Below, in pieces: positions 7,767 to 16,689 of a stretch of DNA of 48,551 nt (within the stretch, counting starts at the first letter, position 1; each line of letters opens with the position of its first letter). The notes under the pieces are model-generated. The model was given only the letters and a program-made list of their open reading frames with translations. It made no database searches and was not told the origin of the DNA. A program made the position numbers and the translations under genes. The stretch comes from a virus (Duplodnaviria; Heunggongvirae; Uroviricota; Caudoviricetes), in the IMG/VR virus record IMGVR_UViG_2627853771_000003. One strand, written 5' to 3'.

Positions 7767-8837
7767 ATGGCTAACGCCTGGCTCAGATTATGGCATGACA
7801 TGCCAAATGACCCTAAGTGGCGAACAATTGCCAGGGTGTCAGGGCAGCCAATTGCAACAGTGATGGCAGTGTATATCCACCTCCTGGTGAGCGCGTCACG
7901 AAATGTCACGCGAGGTCACATTGATGTCACGACAGAAGATTTGGCAAGTGCGCTCGACGTGACAGAAGAGGTAATTGATTCAATTTTGCAGACGATGCAG
8001 GGGCGGGTACTTGATGGTGATTTAATCACTGGATGGGAAAAACGCCAGGTGCTTAAAGAGGACAACGGCAATATTTCGCAAACCGCAAAATCTCCGGCAG
8101 AGCGCAAGAGGGCGCAGCGAGAGAGGGAAAGAAAGCGGGAACAAAATGGCGATTGTCACGGCGCGTCACGAAATGTCACGCACATGTCACGACGAGTCAC
8201 GACAGATAAAGATACAGATAAAGATACAGATCAAGAAGATCAAAACACTATGGTCCATGGCGTAAAAAACGCCACGAACCAGGCAGGGGATGTTCAGACC
8301 GTCAATCCTGGTCAGCCAGCAGGCACGACACCGGAAGCCGATTCAGCGTATGCGCTGAAAGCCGATTCGGGCGCTGTGCAGCAGGTGATGACCCCAAGGC
8401 CGGAGCAATCACACCAACTGCAGCAGCCTGAAGCCGATTCCGCCATTCAGCGGGAAGCCGATCGGGTAGTCCCGGAAAACACCGGGCTGTCTGTGGGACG
8501 AGTGGATTATCCGGATGTGTTCGAACAGGTCTGGCGGGAGTACCCGTTGCGTGCCGGAGCAAACCCGAAGAAATCCGCTTTCAGTGCCTGGAAGGCCAGA
8601 TTACGCGAGGGGGTGCCACCAGAGGACATGCTGGATGGCGTGAGGCGTTACGCAAGATACTTGGCGGCTACCGGGAAAACGGGAACGGAATTTGTTCAGC
8701 GAGCGACGACGTTTTTTGGACCGGACCGGAATTTTGAGAACCCCTGGTTGCTCCCGGTAAGCGGCACGAACAACCAGCGTTGTGTGAATCATATTTCTGA
8801 ACCGGATAACGAAATTCCGCCGGGCTTCAGGGGGTAA
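7767..8837 (+). CDS. replication initiation protein (lambda O-like / YdaU-type), iterons inside the gene
   Basis: ATG at 7767 with SD AAGAGG; N-terminus MANAWLRLWHDMPNDPKWR; internal DKDTDKDTD linker; two GTCACG iteron arrays lie in the coding sequence. Confidence 0.65.
   Translation: MANAWLRLWHDMPNDPKWRTIARVSGQPIATVMAVYIHLLVSASRNVTRGHIDVTTEDLASALDVTEEVIDSILQTMQGRVLDGDLITGWEKRQVLKEDNGNISQTAKSPAERKRAQRERERKREQNGDCHGASRNVTHMSRRVTTDKDTDKDTDQEDQNTMVHGVKNATNQAGDVQTVNPGQPAGTTPEADSAYALKADSGAVQQVMTPRPEQSHQLQQPEADSAIQREADRVVPENTGLSVGRVDYPDVFEQVWREYPLRAGANPKKSAFSAWKARLREGVPPEDMLDGVRRYARYLAATGKTGTEFVQRATTFFGPDRNFENPWLLPVSGTNNQRCVNHISEPDNEIPPGFRG
7891..7931 (+). repeat. iteron array A: four GTCAC(G/A) repeats at about 10-bp spacing
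   Basis: GTCACG at 7895 and 7905, GTCACA at 7915, GTCACG at 7926; the 20-mer GCGCGTCACGAAATGTCACG is repeated exactly at 8161. Confidence 0.55.
8151..8246 (+). promoter_or_regulatory. candidate replication origin: five GTCACG iterons followed by an A-rich tandem repeat
   Basis: GTCACG at 8155, 8165, 8175, 8186 and 8196 (one helical turn apart), then GATAAAGATACAGATAAAGATACAGATCAAGAAGATCAAAAC. Confidence 0.5.
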
Positions 8838-8877
8838 GTGTTAATTTCTGGTCATGAGGTAATTTTCAGGAGGACTT

Positions 8878-9303
8878 GTGGCAAAAGTTTTTACACAAGA
8901 AGAGCGGGAAAAAATTAAAGGGCAGGTTGTTGAACTCGTACGCCAGAGTGGGCGCGAGACGTTACGACAACTGGAAACTAAAACTGGGGCAACAAGATAT
9001 CTGATGAGTGTTCTGGCCAGAGAGCTGGTTGCCAGTGGCGATGTATACAACTCTGGTTACGGGTTATTCCCGTCTGAACAGGCGCGTAAGGACTGGCAAA
9101 ATGCCCGTAAAAAGCTCTCAAGGGCAAAGCTGAAGAAACCATCTGCGGTTGATCCGGACCTTATCTGGTCATTACCTGACGGAGAAATACGTCGCTACGA
9201 TAGTTGTCTAAACATAATCTGTCGCGAGTGCCGGAAGAGCGAAGTTATGCAGCGCATTCTGGCATTTTATCAGGGAAATGTTAGGTATTTTAGACGTTAC
9301 TAG
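8878..9303 (+). CDS. hypothetical protein, probable winged-helix DNA-binding domain
   Basis: 141 aa, GTG start with SD AGGAGGA; follows the O-like gene where a helicase loader would be expected but is too small and unlike DnaC/P. Confidence 0.5.
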   Translation: MAKVFTQEEREKIKGQVVELVRQSGRETLRQLETKTGATRYLMSVLARELVASGDVYNSGYGLFPSEQARKDWQNARKKLSRAKLKKPSAVDPDLIWSLPDGEIRRYDSCLNIICRECRKSEVMQRILAFYQGNVRYFRRY

Positions 9304-9530
9304 ATTAAAGGGCATTAGTTCAGATATGCATTGACATTTTCATGGCACAAGGTAGAGCTAGCGTGGTTGTTCGCTTTGTGCCAAGAGTGGTCATTGATAA
9401 TATTTTGGTGGGTTACATCTGTCAATGTTTCAGGTGATATGATATACAAATAGCCAGACTTAGACTGGCATGCTGTTTATTTTTATATTATGGGTGTGCC
9501 ACATGGATTTAAAACTTATTGAGATATGAC

Positions 9531-10556
9531 ATGGATACTTTTCATAATATTTTGCTTGAGCACATAGACAGCCTTTTAAAAGAGAGACTTGATTTATCTG
9601 GTGACGCTGATATCGAAAAAGAAATTAATAACCTAATTCCCAAAATAGCCATTGTCGTTAAAAAATCTCTTATTGGCTCGGCCAATGCAATGCTTAGAGA
9701 ACATCGTTCTCTTTGTGATGAATTTGTTGAGAGAAATATTTCAAGATGGGCAGAGGCTTTTGATTTGCTCGAAACACTTATAGTGATATGCACGGAGTCC
9801 GGTGAAGAGTTCAATCGTTCTTATAGACCACAAGCTGCCTCTGAAGAGGATGTGGTTTTTGATTTAGTCGTTCGGCATCACGCAAGAGCTTGCCACATCG
9901 CCAACGAAATTTTGTGTCTCTTAAAGAATGGATTTGCAGATGCTGCCCAAGCGAGATGGCGAGCACTTCATGAGGTAGCGGCCACAGCTATGTTTATAGC
10001 AAAGCATGGAAAAGAGTGTGCTGAGCGCTTTTACTACCATGAAGTGGTTGATTCATATACTGGAATGTTGGAACACAAAAAGTACGAGCACCGGTTAGAA
10101 GCAAAAGGTCCAACTATTGAAGAAATAGCTGAGTGTAAAGTTCAATTTGATCTATTAATAAAAAAATATGGCAAAAAATATGCAGATAATTATGGCTGGG
10201 CATCTTATATTTTCCCTAACCATAATAAAGTGGGGTTTGGAGCTATTGAGAAAGATGTTCAGTTAGAACACATGCGCCCTTATTATAAGTGGGCGAGTCA
10301 GAATGTACACACCGGTTCCAAGGCAATGAGAAATAGGCTTGGTCTCTGTGAAACTGGTGATGATATATTATTGGTCGGGCAAAGTGATTCAGGAATGGCT
10401 GAACCAGCCCATGCTACTGCTATTAGTTTGATGCAGATTACTGTGACACTTTTATTTTTAAAACCAACCATTGATCATGCCGTCATTTCAAAAATAATAC
10501 AGGATTATTCTGATGAGATTGGAAATGTATTTCTTAAAATTGATAAGGGTAATTAA
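9531..10556 (+). CDS. orphan protein of unknown function in an AT-rich island (candidate accessory/defence gene)
   Basis: 341 aa from the first ATG (the track ORF begins at a TTG at 9519). AT-rich coding sequence flanked by AT-rich non-coding DNA; no family recognised; contains RHHARACH (R-x6-H). Confidence 0.6.
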   Translation: MDTFHNILLEHIDSLLKERLDLSGDADIEKEINNLIPKIAIVVKKSLIGSANAMLREHRSLCDEFVERNISRWAEAFDLLETLIVICTESGEEFNRSYRPQAASEEDVVFDLVVRHHARACHIANEILCLLKNGFADAAQARWRALHEVAATAMFIAKHGKECAERFYYHEVVDSYTGMLEHKKYEHRLEAKGPTIEEIAECKVQFDLLIKKYGKKYADNYGWASYIFPNHNKVGFGAIEKDVQLEHMRPYYKWASQNVHTGSKAMRNRLGLCETGDDILLVGQSDSGMAEPAHATAISLMQITVTLLFLKPTIDHAVISKIIQDYSDEIGNVFLKIDKGN

Positions 10557-10842
10557 AAATTGGAAAAGTGATAGTATATTCTTGTTTTTTTTACTGGTAA
10601 TTAAATGTTTTTAAAGTTACTAGTTCACACCTATCGAACGTCCGGTCTTCGCCCAAAGCGGACTAGAAGGTTAGCTTGCGTCGGACTTGGCGTATTTAAA
10701 GAAGTGCTGGTGGTGACTGGTTGTTGTGTTCCATTTCTACAGAACAAAATCACAGAAACTATACCCAATAGTTATATTGAATCAATGATGAGACAGCCTC
10801 ATATTTATCAGGACTGGTGTACGTCCAATACAGGAGGTTGTC

Positions 10843-10932
10843 GTGCTGGTTCTCAAATGTGCGCTAGCTATTGCGGCTGTAATGGCAATTTATTGTCTTG
10901 CTGTTGTTCTTACGGATCGCCTTTCTGATTGA
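10843..10932 (+). CDS. candidate small hydrophobic peptide (29 aa), type I toxin-like
   Basis: GTG start 5 nt after AGGAGG; product MLVLKCALAIAAVMAIYCLAVVLTDRLSD (single TM helix plus charged tail). Not in the track (under 60 aa); overlaps the implausible 107-aa track ORF in another frame. Confidence 0.35.
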   Translation: MLVLKCALAIAAVMAIYCLAVVLTDRLSD

Positions 10933-11143
10933 TTTTATATTGGCGAGGTGACGGGAGTTAAGTAGAATTGCTGCGGGTGCTTGAGGCTATCTGCCTCAGG
11001 CATGAACACCAAAGGCAGATAGAGAAAAGCCCCAGTTAACATTACGCGTCCTGCAAGACGTTTAACATTAATCTGAGGCTCAATCTATGAACGGCAAATC
11101 TAGGTTAGCCTCTTGCGTGCCGAAAGGCAAGGAGAAGCAGGCT

Positions 11144-11299
11144 ATGAAGCAGCAAAAGGCGATGTTAATCGCCCTGATCGTCATCTGTTTAACCGTCATA
11201 GTGACGGCACTGGTAACGAGGAAAGACCTCTGCGAGGTACGAATCCGAACCGGCCAGACGGAGGTCGCTGTCTTCACAGCTTACGAACCTGAGGAGTAA
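11144..11299 (+). CDS. hokD: Hok/Gef-family type I toxin (HokD/RelF-like)
   Basis: 51-aa product MKQQKAMLIALIVICLTVIVTALVTRKDLCEVRIRTGQTEVAVFTAYEPEE; an in-frame upstream ATG at 11087 gives a mok-like extension; terminator follows. Confidence 0.85.
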   Translation: MKQQKAMLIALIVICLTVIVTALVTRKDLCEVRIRTGQTEVAVFTAYEPEE

Positions 11300-11366
11300 G
11301 AGACCAGGCGGGGGAGAATCCCTCGCCACCTCTGATGTGTCAGGCATCCTCAACGCACCCGCACTT

Positions 11367-11393
11367 AACCCGCTTCGGCGGGTTTTGTTTTTT
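11367..11393 (+). terminator. rho-independent terminator after hok
   Basis: CCCGC-TTCG-GCGGG hairpin followed by TTTTGTTTTTT. Confidence 0.6.
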
Positions 11394-11465
11394 CCTGACA
11401 TTCTGGTTTACAATTCGCACGCCAGCCTGAACAACTGGCACCTGCTGCGCCAGCAGAGACAACCG

Positions 11466-11744
11466 ATGGCGCACGATACCAAATTACACAATTCTGATGA
11501 TTCTGCCGTCTTTGCCAGCAGGCACGGGCGGCGTTCCCGCACTTTCAAATCTGACTGGTTCCAGCATCCCCCATGCACTGAAGAACAGGCCGAGTGGCTA
11601 ATTCAGTGCTACCGCAGACACGGATACGAGATTAAGAAAGCCCTCAGCCTCGATTATCGTCACTGGATAATCTCCGTCAGGCTTCCTTACTCCGAACGCC
11701 CACCGCGTCCGTCCCGCACATTCCAGCAACGCATCTGGAGGTAA
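11466..11744 (+). CDS. hypothetical nin-region protein (92 aa)
   Basis: Only Met in the frame downstream of the hok terminator; its stop overlaps the start of the DUF968 gene. Confidence 0.45.
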   Translation: MAHDTKLHNSDDSAVFASRHGRRSRTFKSDWFQHPPCTEEQAEWLIQCYRRHGYEIKKALSLDYRHWIISVRLPYSERPPRPSRTFQQRIWR

Positions 11745-11745
11745 C

Positions 11746-12795
11746 GTGCGGATATTACTTCGACCTGTTCTGGTACCGGAACTCGGGCTGGTGATCGTTA
11801 AGCCGGGCCGTGAATCCATGCCGGTATTCCACAATACCCGGGTACTGGTGGAGCCGGAACCGAAAAGCATGCGTAATCTGCCGTCCGGGGTCGTTCCTGC
11901 CGTTCGCCAGCCGCTGGTGGAAGACAAAACATTGCTGCCGTTTTTCAGTAACGCACGGGTAATTCGTGCTGCTGGTGGTGCTGGTGCATTGTCTGACTGG
12001 CTGTTGCGCCATATTAAATCCTGCCAGTGGCCACACGGCGATTATCATCACAGCGAAACCGTTATTCACCGATATGGTACCGGCGCAATGGTGTTGTGCT
12101 GGCACTGCGACAACCAGCTGCGTGACCAGACATCCGAATCACTCGAGCAACTTGCTCATCAAAACCTGTCAGCATGGATGATTGACGTCATCGGTCACGC
12201 AATAAGCGGTACGCAGGAGCGTGAATTATCTCTGGCTGAATTATCCTGGTGGGCGGTCCGCAATCAGCTGGCGGACGCGCTACCGGAAGCGGTATTACGT
12301 CGCTCGCTGGGATTACCAGCGGAAAAAATCTGCTCGGTGTACCGCGAAAGCGACATCGTACCGGGAGAGCAGACCGCCACCAGCATATTGAAACAGCGCA
12401 CAAAAAATCTTGCACCGTTGCCTCACGCCCACCAGCAACAAAACCCATCACAGGAAAAGACGGTGGTAAGCATCACCGTTGATCCAGAGTCTCCGGAATC
12501 TTTCATGAAGCTGCCTAAACGTCACCGGTGGGTTAAGGAGAAATACACACGCTGGGTTAAGACACAGCCGTGTGCTTGCTGCGGTATGCCAGCCGACGAT
12601 CCGCATCATCTGATTGGTCACGGGCAGGGCGGAATGGGAACCAAAGCACATGATCTCTTTGTTTTGCCTTTGTGCAGAAAGCATCACGACGAGTTGCATA
12701 CGGATACCGTGGCATTTGAAGAGAAGTATGGCTCCCAACTGGAGCTGATTTTTCGATTTATCGATCGCGCGCTGGCAATTGGTGTGCTGGCCTAA
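11746..12795 (+). CDS. ydfU: YdfU-like DUF968 protein with C-terminal Cys/His (HNH-like) cluster
   Basis: 349 aa, GTG start after GGAGG; C-terminus [43 protein letters not shown]. Confidence 0.7.
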   Translation: MRILLRPVLVPELGLVIVKPGRESMPVFHNTRVLVEPEPKSMRNLPSGVVPAVRQPLVEDKTLLPFFSNARVIRAAGGAGALSDWLLRHIKSCQWPHGDYHHSETVIHRYGTGAMVLCWHCDNQLRDQTSESLEQLAHQNLSAWMIDVIGHAISGTQERELSLAELSWWAVRNQLADALPEAVLRRSLGLPAEKICSVYRESDIVPGEQTATSILKQRTKNLAPLPHAHQQQNPSQEKTVVSITVDPESPESFMKLPKRHRWVKEKYTRWVKTQPCACCGMPADDPHHLIGHGQGGMGTKAHDLFVLPLCRKHHDELHTDTVAFEEKYGSQLELIFRFIDRALAIGVLA

Positions 12796-12812
12796 TTTTG
12801 TGGAGTAAGTTG

Positions 12813-13190
12813 ATGCGTGATATTCAGATGGTTCTTGAGCGTTGGGGGGCATGGGCGGCTAATAATCATGAAGATGTGACCTGGTCGTCCATTGCCGCCG
12901 GTTTTAAGGGATTAATTCCTTCAAAAGTAAGATCTCGTCCGCAATGCTGTGACGATGACGCGATGATCATTTGTGAATGTATGGCTCGCCTGAAAAAAAA
13001 CAACAGCGATTTACATGATTTATTGGTGGACTATTATGTCGGCGGCATGACTTTTATGGCGCTTGCACGTAAGCATGGGCGATCTGATTGTTGGGTTGGC
13101 AGGATGCTCCAGAAAGCTGAGGGCGTAGTGGAGGGCATGCTGATGGTGTTGGATCTCCGATTGGAGATGGATGCTGATTGTTCGAAATAA
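12813..13190 (+). CDS. late-gene antiterminator, Q-like (Phage_antitermQ type)
   Basis: [26 protein letters not shown]...; SD GGAGTAAG; position upstream of the late terminator and lysis genes. Confidence 0.65.
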   Translation: MRDIQMVLERWGAWAANNHEDVTWSSIAAGFKGLIPSKVRSRPQCCDDDAMIICECMARLKKNNSDLHDLLVDYYVGGMTFMALARKHGRSDCWVGRMLQKAEGVVEGMLMVLDLRLEMDADCSK

Positions 13191-13290
13191 TTAAAGGAAA
13201 AGTTGCTGTCTGATTTTCATTAGTCTAACATTTTAAATGTTGGAATCGCAACGTAGTTATTATCATATAACAGCTTGTTTCCTGATTTAG

Positions 13291-13317
13291 CCAGCCTCCC
13301 CAAAGGCTGGTTTTTTT
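13291..13317 (+). terminator. rho-independent terminator downstream of Q (tR'-like)
   Basis: CCAGCC-TCCCCAAA-GGCTGG hairpin followed by TTTTTTT. Confidence 0.6.
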
Positions 13318-13345
13318 CTAATAAGTATCATTTCGGGTGGGGATT

Positions 13346-13870
13346 TTATTGTTTAACCCATAATAGTTCATTGACATTGAATCCCAACTTTTGAGCGGTA
13401 CGCACATAGTCTGCTTTTACATTATCTGGAATAGTTTGGGTCCTTGCCAGAATCCATAGGTATTCTCTGTTCGGACCACTGACAAGAGCATACTTATACT
13501 CATCATCCAGTTTGATTACATTATAGCCACCATAGAAGGGGCCAAAAAACGAAACTTTCAACGCTGCAGTTTTAGTATCTCCAGTAAAGTATGCTTTACC
13601 TTCGCTCTCGCTCCATTTGTTTTTCGTTGGATCGTATCCACGGTTAAGTACGCGAATCCCTCCGTCGTTCCGTTTTTCATAAGTAGCGCTGACCTGTTCC
13701 AGACCACGTTCGAACCAGTTCTCGAGGCGAGCTATTTCATACCATTTTCCGAGGTAGCGGTTGGCGTCAAAATTTGTAATCGGCTGCACACCTTTAGGTG
13801 GTGTCGGGGCCTTACATGCTATAAGAGTGAAAGAGAGTGCAATGCCAGTCAACACAGGCCATAACTTCAT
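13346..13870 (-). CDS. Blc-like bacterial lipocalin, outer-membrane lipoprotein (moron)
   Basis: Signal peptide with lipobox LIAC; lipocalin motifs YLGKWYEIARLENWFERG and SFFGPFYGGYNVI; opposite strand to the phage late genes. Confidence 0.85.
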   Translation of the reverse strand: MKLWPVLTGIALSFTLIACKAPTPPKGVQPITNFDANRYLGKWYEIARLENWFERGLEQVSATYEKRNDGGIRVLNRGYDPTKNKWSESEGKAYFTGDTKTAALKVSFFGPFYGGYNVIKLDDEYKYALVSGPNREYLWILARTQTIPDNVKADYVRTAQKLGFNVNELLWVKQ

Positions 13871-14062
13871 AATAAATCCTGTACTTTTGATAGTTGAGAG
13901 TAAGTATGAAAGATAGATGAGTACGACCGATCACTTAAAGAACTTTCCTACTATATTAGGAATAGTCAATAACAGAAAAATTGTCAGTGATGAAGCCAGA
14001 AAGGCAATTTAGTCCGTGCACTACAAAGTTTATGTGTTAATGAATTAGTCAAGGGGGAGGAA

Positions 14063-14896
14063 ATGATAAAAAAACCTGTGATTGGGATCAGCGGTTGTTT
14101 GGGCGGTTCTGCTGTTCGTTTTGATGGTGGTCACAAAAGAGATGACTTTTTAATGGACAAATTAGTGGAATGGGTAACATTCAGACCAGTATGTCCGGAA
14201 ATGGCTATAGGGCTGCCAGTTCCGCGTCCTGCTCTACGACTTGTGCGCTCGAAGCAAGGAAATATACGGATGTGTTTCAGCCACGACCAGAATGAGGATG
14301 TGACAGAGAGAATGACAGAGTTTAGTCGTTCTTATATGGACAAATTAAAGGATGTATCGGGGTTTGTGGTTTGTGCTAAATCTCCCAGCTGTGGCATGGA
14401 GCGCGTGCGTGTCTATGATGAAAATGGTAATCGAGGTCGTAAAGATGGAGTGGGACTATTTACGAGCACTTTGATGGAAAAGTTTTCCTGGCTACCGGTT
14501 GAAGAGGATGGGCGATTACATGATCCAGTGCTTCGTGAGAATTTTATTGAAAGAGTTTTTGCTTTGCATGAGCTCAATCACCTTTACAAGGAGAAATTAT
14601 CAAGAAGAGAGTTATTAGCTTTTCATAGTCGTTATAAGCTTCAGTTGTTGGCGCATAGCCAGGCAGGCTATAAAGATATGGGACCATTTGTGGCTGCAAT
14701 ACACGAGTGGGCGGACCTTGAATCATACTTTGAGGTGTATCGTGATAATCTGATGGCGATTCTCAGAAAACCAGCATCACGTAAAAATCACACGAATGTG
14801 CTGATGCATATACAGGGGTATTTTAGTAATTACTTAAGTACACGCCAGCGTAAAGAGTTGAGCGAGGTTATACTTAACTTGATCCTACCCACGTAA
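14063..14896 (+). pseudogene. DUF523 (TudS-like, three-Cys cluster) + DUF1722 fusion protein gene, 3' end interrupted by IS3
   Basis: N-terminus MIKKPVIGISGCLGG with Cys12/Cys44/Cys105. The frame enters IS3 at 14880 and stops after 5 foreign codons. Removing IS3 and one TSD copy restores a 47-codon continuation ending at 16283. Confidence 0.7.
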
Positions 14897-14909
14897 TATG
14901 GACACAGGC

Positions 14910-15776
14910 CTAAGCGAGGTTCTTGTTTTCAAATTGTTCCGGACTGAGGCCGCCACACCAACTGTGCCGCCGCCACCGATTGTAATCACATTCGATATAA
15001 TTAAACACCGTTGCCCGCATTATTTCCCGGCTGATAAAGTGTTCTCCATGGATACATTCCACTTTCAGCGAATGAAAGAAGCTTTCCACGCAGGCATTAT
15101 CGTAGCAGCAACCTTTTGCGCTCATACTTCCACGCAGATTATGCCGCTTCAGTTGCGCCTGATAATCTGCTGAACAGTACTGGCCTCCACGGTCCGTGTG
15201 AACGATAACGTTCCGGGGCCTCTTACGCCGCCACAGCGCCATCTGCAGGGCATCGCAGGCCAGTTGCGCCGTCATGCGTGGCGACATTGACCAGCCAATA
15301 ACGGCACGTGACCACAGGTCAATGACCACTGCCAGATACAGCCAGCCTTCATCTGTACGTAAGTACGTGATGTCTCCTGCCCACTTCTGGTTCGGGCCAC
15401 TGGCGTAAAAATCCTGCTCCAACAGATTTTCTGACACAGGCAGGCCGTGTGCGCGGTAGCTGACCGGGCTGAACTTCCGGGAGGCCTTTGCCCTCAGCCC
15501 CTGACGGCGCAGGCTTGCCGCCACGGTTTTTACGTTAAAGGGGTAACCCTGAGCACGCAGTTCATCCGTCAGGCGTGGGGCACCGTAACGCTGTTTTGAC
15601 CGGGTAAAAGCCGCGAGGACAACGCTGTCGCAGTGTTGGCGGAACTGCTGACGCGTGCTTATCCTTGTCCGCCGCTGACACCACGTATACCAGCCGCTGC
15701 GGGCCACCCGGAGCACGCGGCACATTGCTTTGATGCTGAACTCAGCCTGATGTTTTTCAATAAAGACATACTTCAT
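14910..15776 (-). CDS. insF: IS3 transposase OrfB (InsF)
   Basis: 288-aa DDE integrase-core ORF inside IS3. Confidence 0.9.
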
Positions 15777-16081
15777 TTCAGGCGCTTCGCGAAGTATGTC
15801 GCGGCCTTTTGGAGGATAGCCAGCTCTTCATCCCGTTCTGCCAGCTGGCGTTTGAGACGTGCAATCTCGGTAGACATCTCCAGTTCACGTTCAGAAGACG
15901 TCTGCTGATTTTGCTGTTTACTGCGCCAGTTGTAGAGTTGTGATTCATACAGGCTGAGTTCACGGGCTGCGGCAGTAACACCGATGCGTTCAGCAAGCTT
16001 CAGGGCTTCACTGCGAAATTCAGGCGAATGCTGTTTACGGGGTTTTTTACTGGTTGATACTGTTTTTGTCATGTGAGTCAC
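15773..16081 (-). CDS. insE: IS3 OrfA (InsE), HTH/leucine-zipper protein
   Basis: 102-aa ORF overlapping orfB by 4 nt. Confidence 0.85.
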
Positions 16082-16137
16082 CTCTGACTGAGAGTTTACT
16101 CACTTAGCCGCGTGTCCACTATTGCTGGGTAAGATCA

Positions 16138-16283
16138 ACTATCGCTTTGGCACATTGCCTCTTCTTGCGCCGTTGACTCTGCTGAAGCATTATCTGGGTG
16201 AGTATCCTAATGATTACTTGCTTACACAGAATTACTTCGATCCCTATCCGGAAGAACTGGCTCTAAGACTGATGGTGAATTAA
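16138..16283 (+). pseudogene. 3' fragment of the DUF523/DUF1722 gene displaced by IS3
   Basis: In-frame continuation ...YRFGTLPLLAPLTLLKHYLGEYPNDYLLTQNYFDPYPEELALRLMVN* once IS3 is removed. Confidence 0.6.
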
Positions 16284-16689
16284 CTGTATGCGATATCATC
16301 TGAAAGTGATGAGTTCCTGTATGCAGGATATTTACAATCGTAAAAACTACGCTATGATGCTCATAGTGTCAGTTTTTATAAAAATCCTGTTCACGCTAAA
16401 GAAAACATTGAGATGCAATTTAATGTTGGTAAACATACCAGCCCCAAAAGATTTTATTCAATCTGTTTTTATATGAAGATATTTCAAGTGAATATAAAGA
16501 GCATATAATATTATTATTGCACGCAGCTATTATAATATAACAGATTAGTTTAATGATTTGTTTTTTGTGAGTTAAACACATGGTTTTATAGTTGTGATGC
16601 AATGAGATTTTCCTTATTGTTGAACTGGCGAATATTGATTTTCCACCTATACTTACCTGGTGTAACCCCAATGATATCAGGTGGATAAT

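Larger units (their letters stand above)
14880..16137 (-). mobile_element. IS3, complete 1258-bp copy with 3-bp target-site duplication ACT
   Basis: Ends TGATCCTACCCACG (14880) and CCACTATTGCTGGGTAAGATCA (16137); ACT at 14877-14879 and 16138-16140; orfA/orfB overlap. Confidence 0.9.

Noticed and set aside
7916-8107. 63-aa minus-strand ORF
   Set aside because: Antisense to the replication initiator gene, across the iteron repeats.
8200-8246. Tandem GATAAAGATACA repeats considered as a possible CRISPR-like or satellite repeat
   Set aside because: Only 2-3 copies, in frame within the initiator gene (DKDTDKDTD) and next to the iterons; best read as the AT-rich part of an origin, not a CRISPR array.
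10611-10700. Possible tRNA-like or structured RNA sequence
   Set aside because: I could not assemble a cloverleaf with a credible T-loop (GGTTCGAATCC-like) or anticodon arm; left as unassigned non-coding DNA.
10605-10928. 107-aa Cys-rich + strand ORF
   Set aside because: No SD and implausible composition (CC/CCC runs); the 29-codon ORF in another frame with a strong SD is the better reading, though still unproven.
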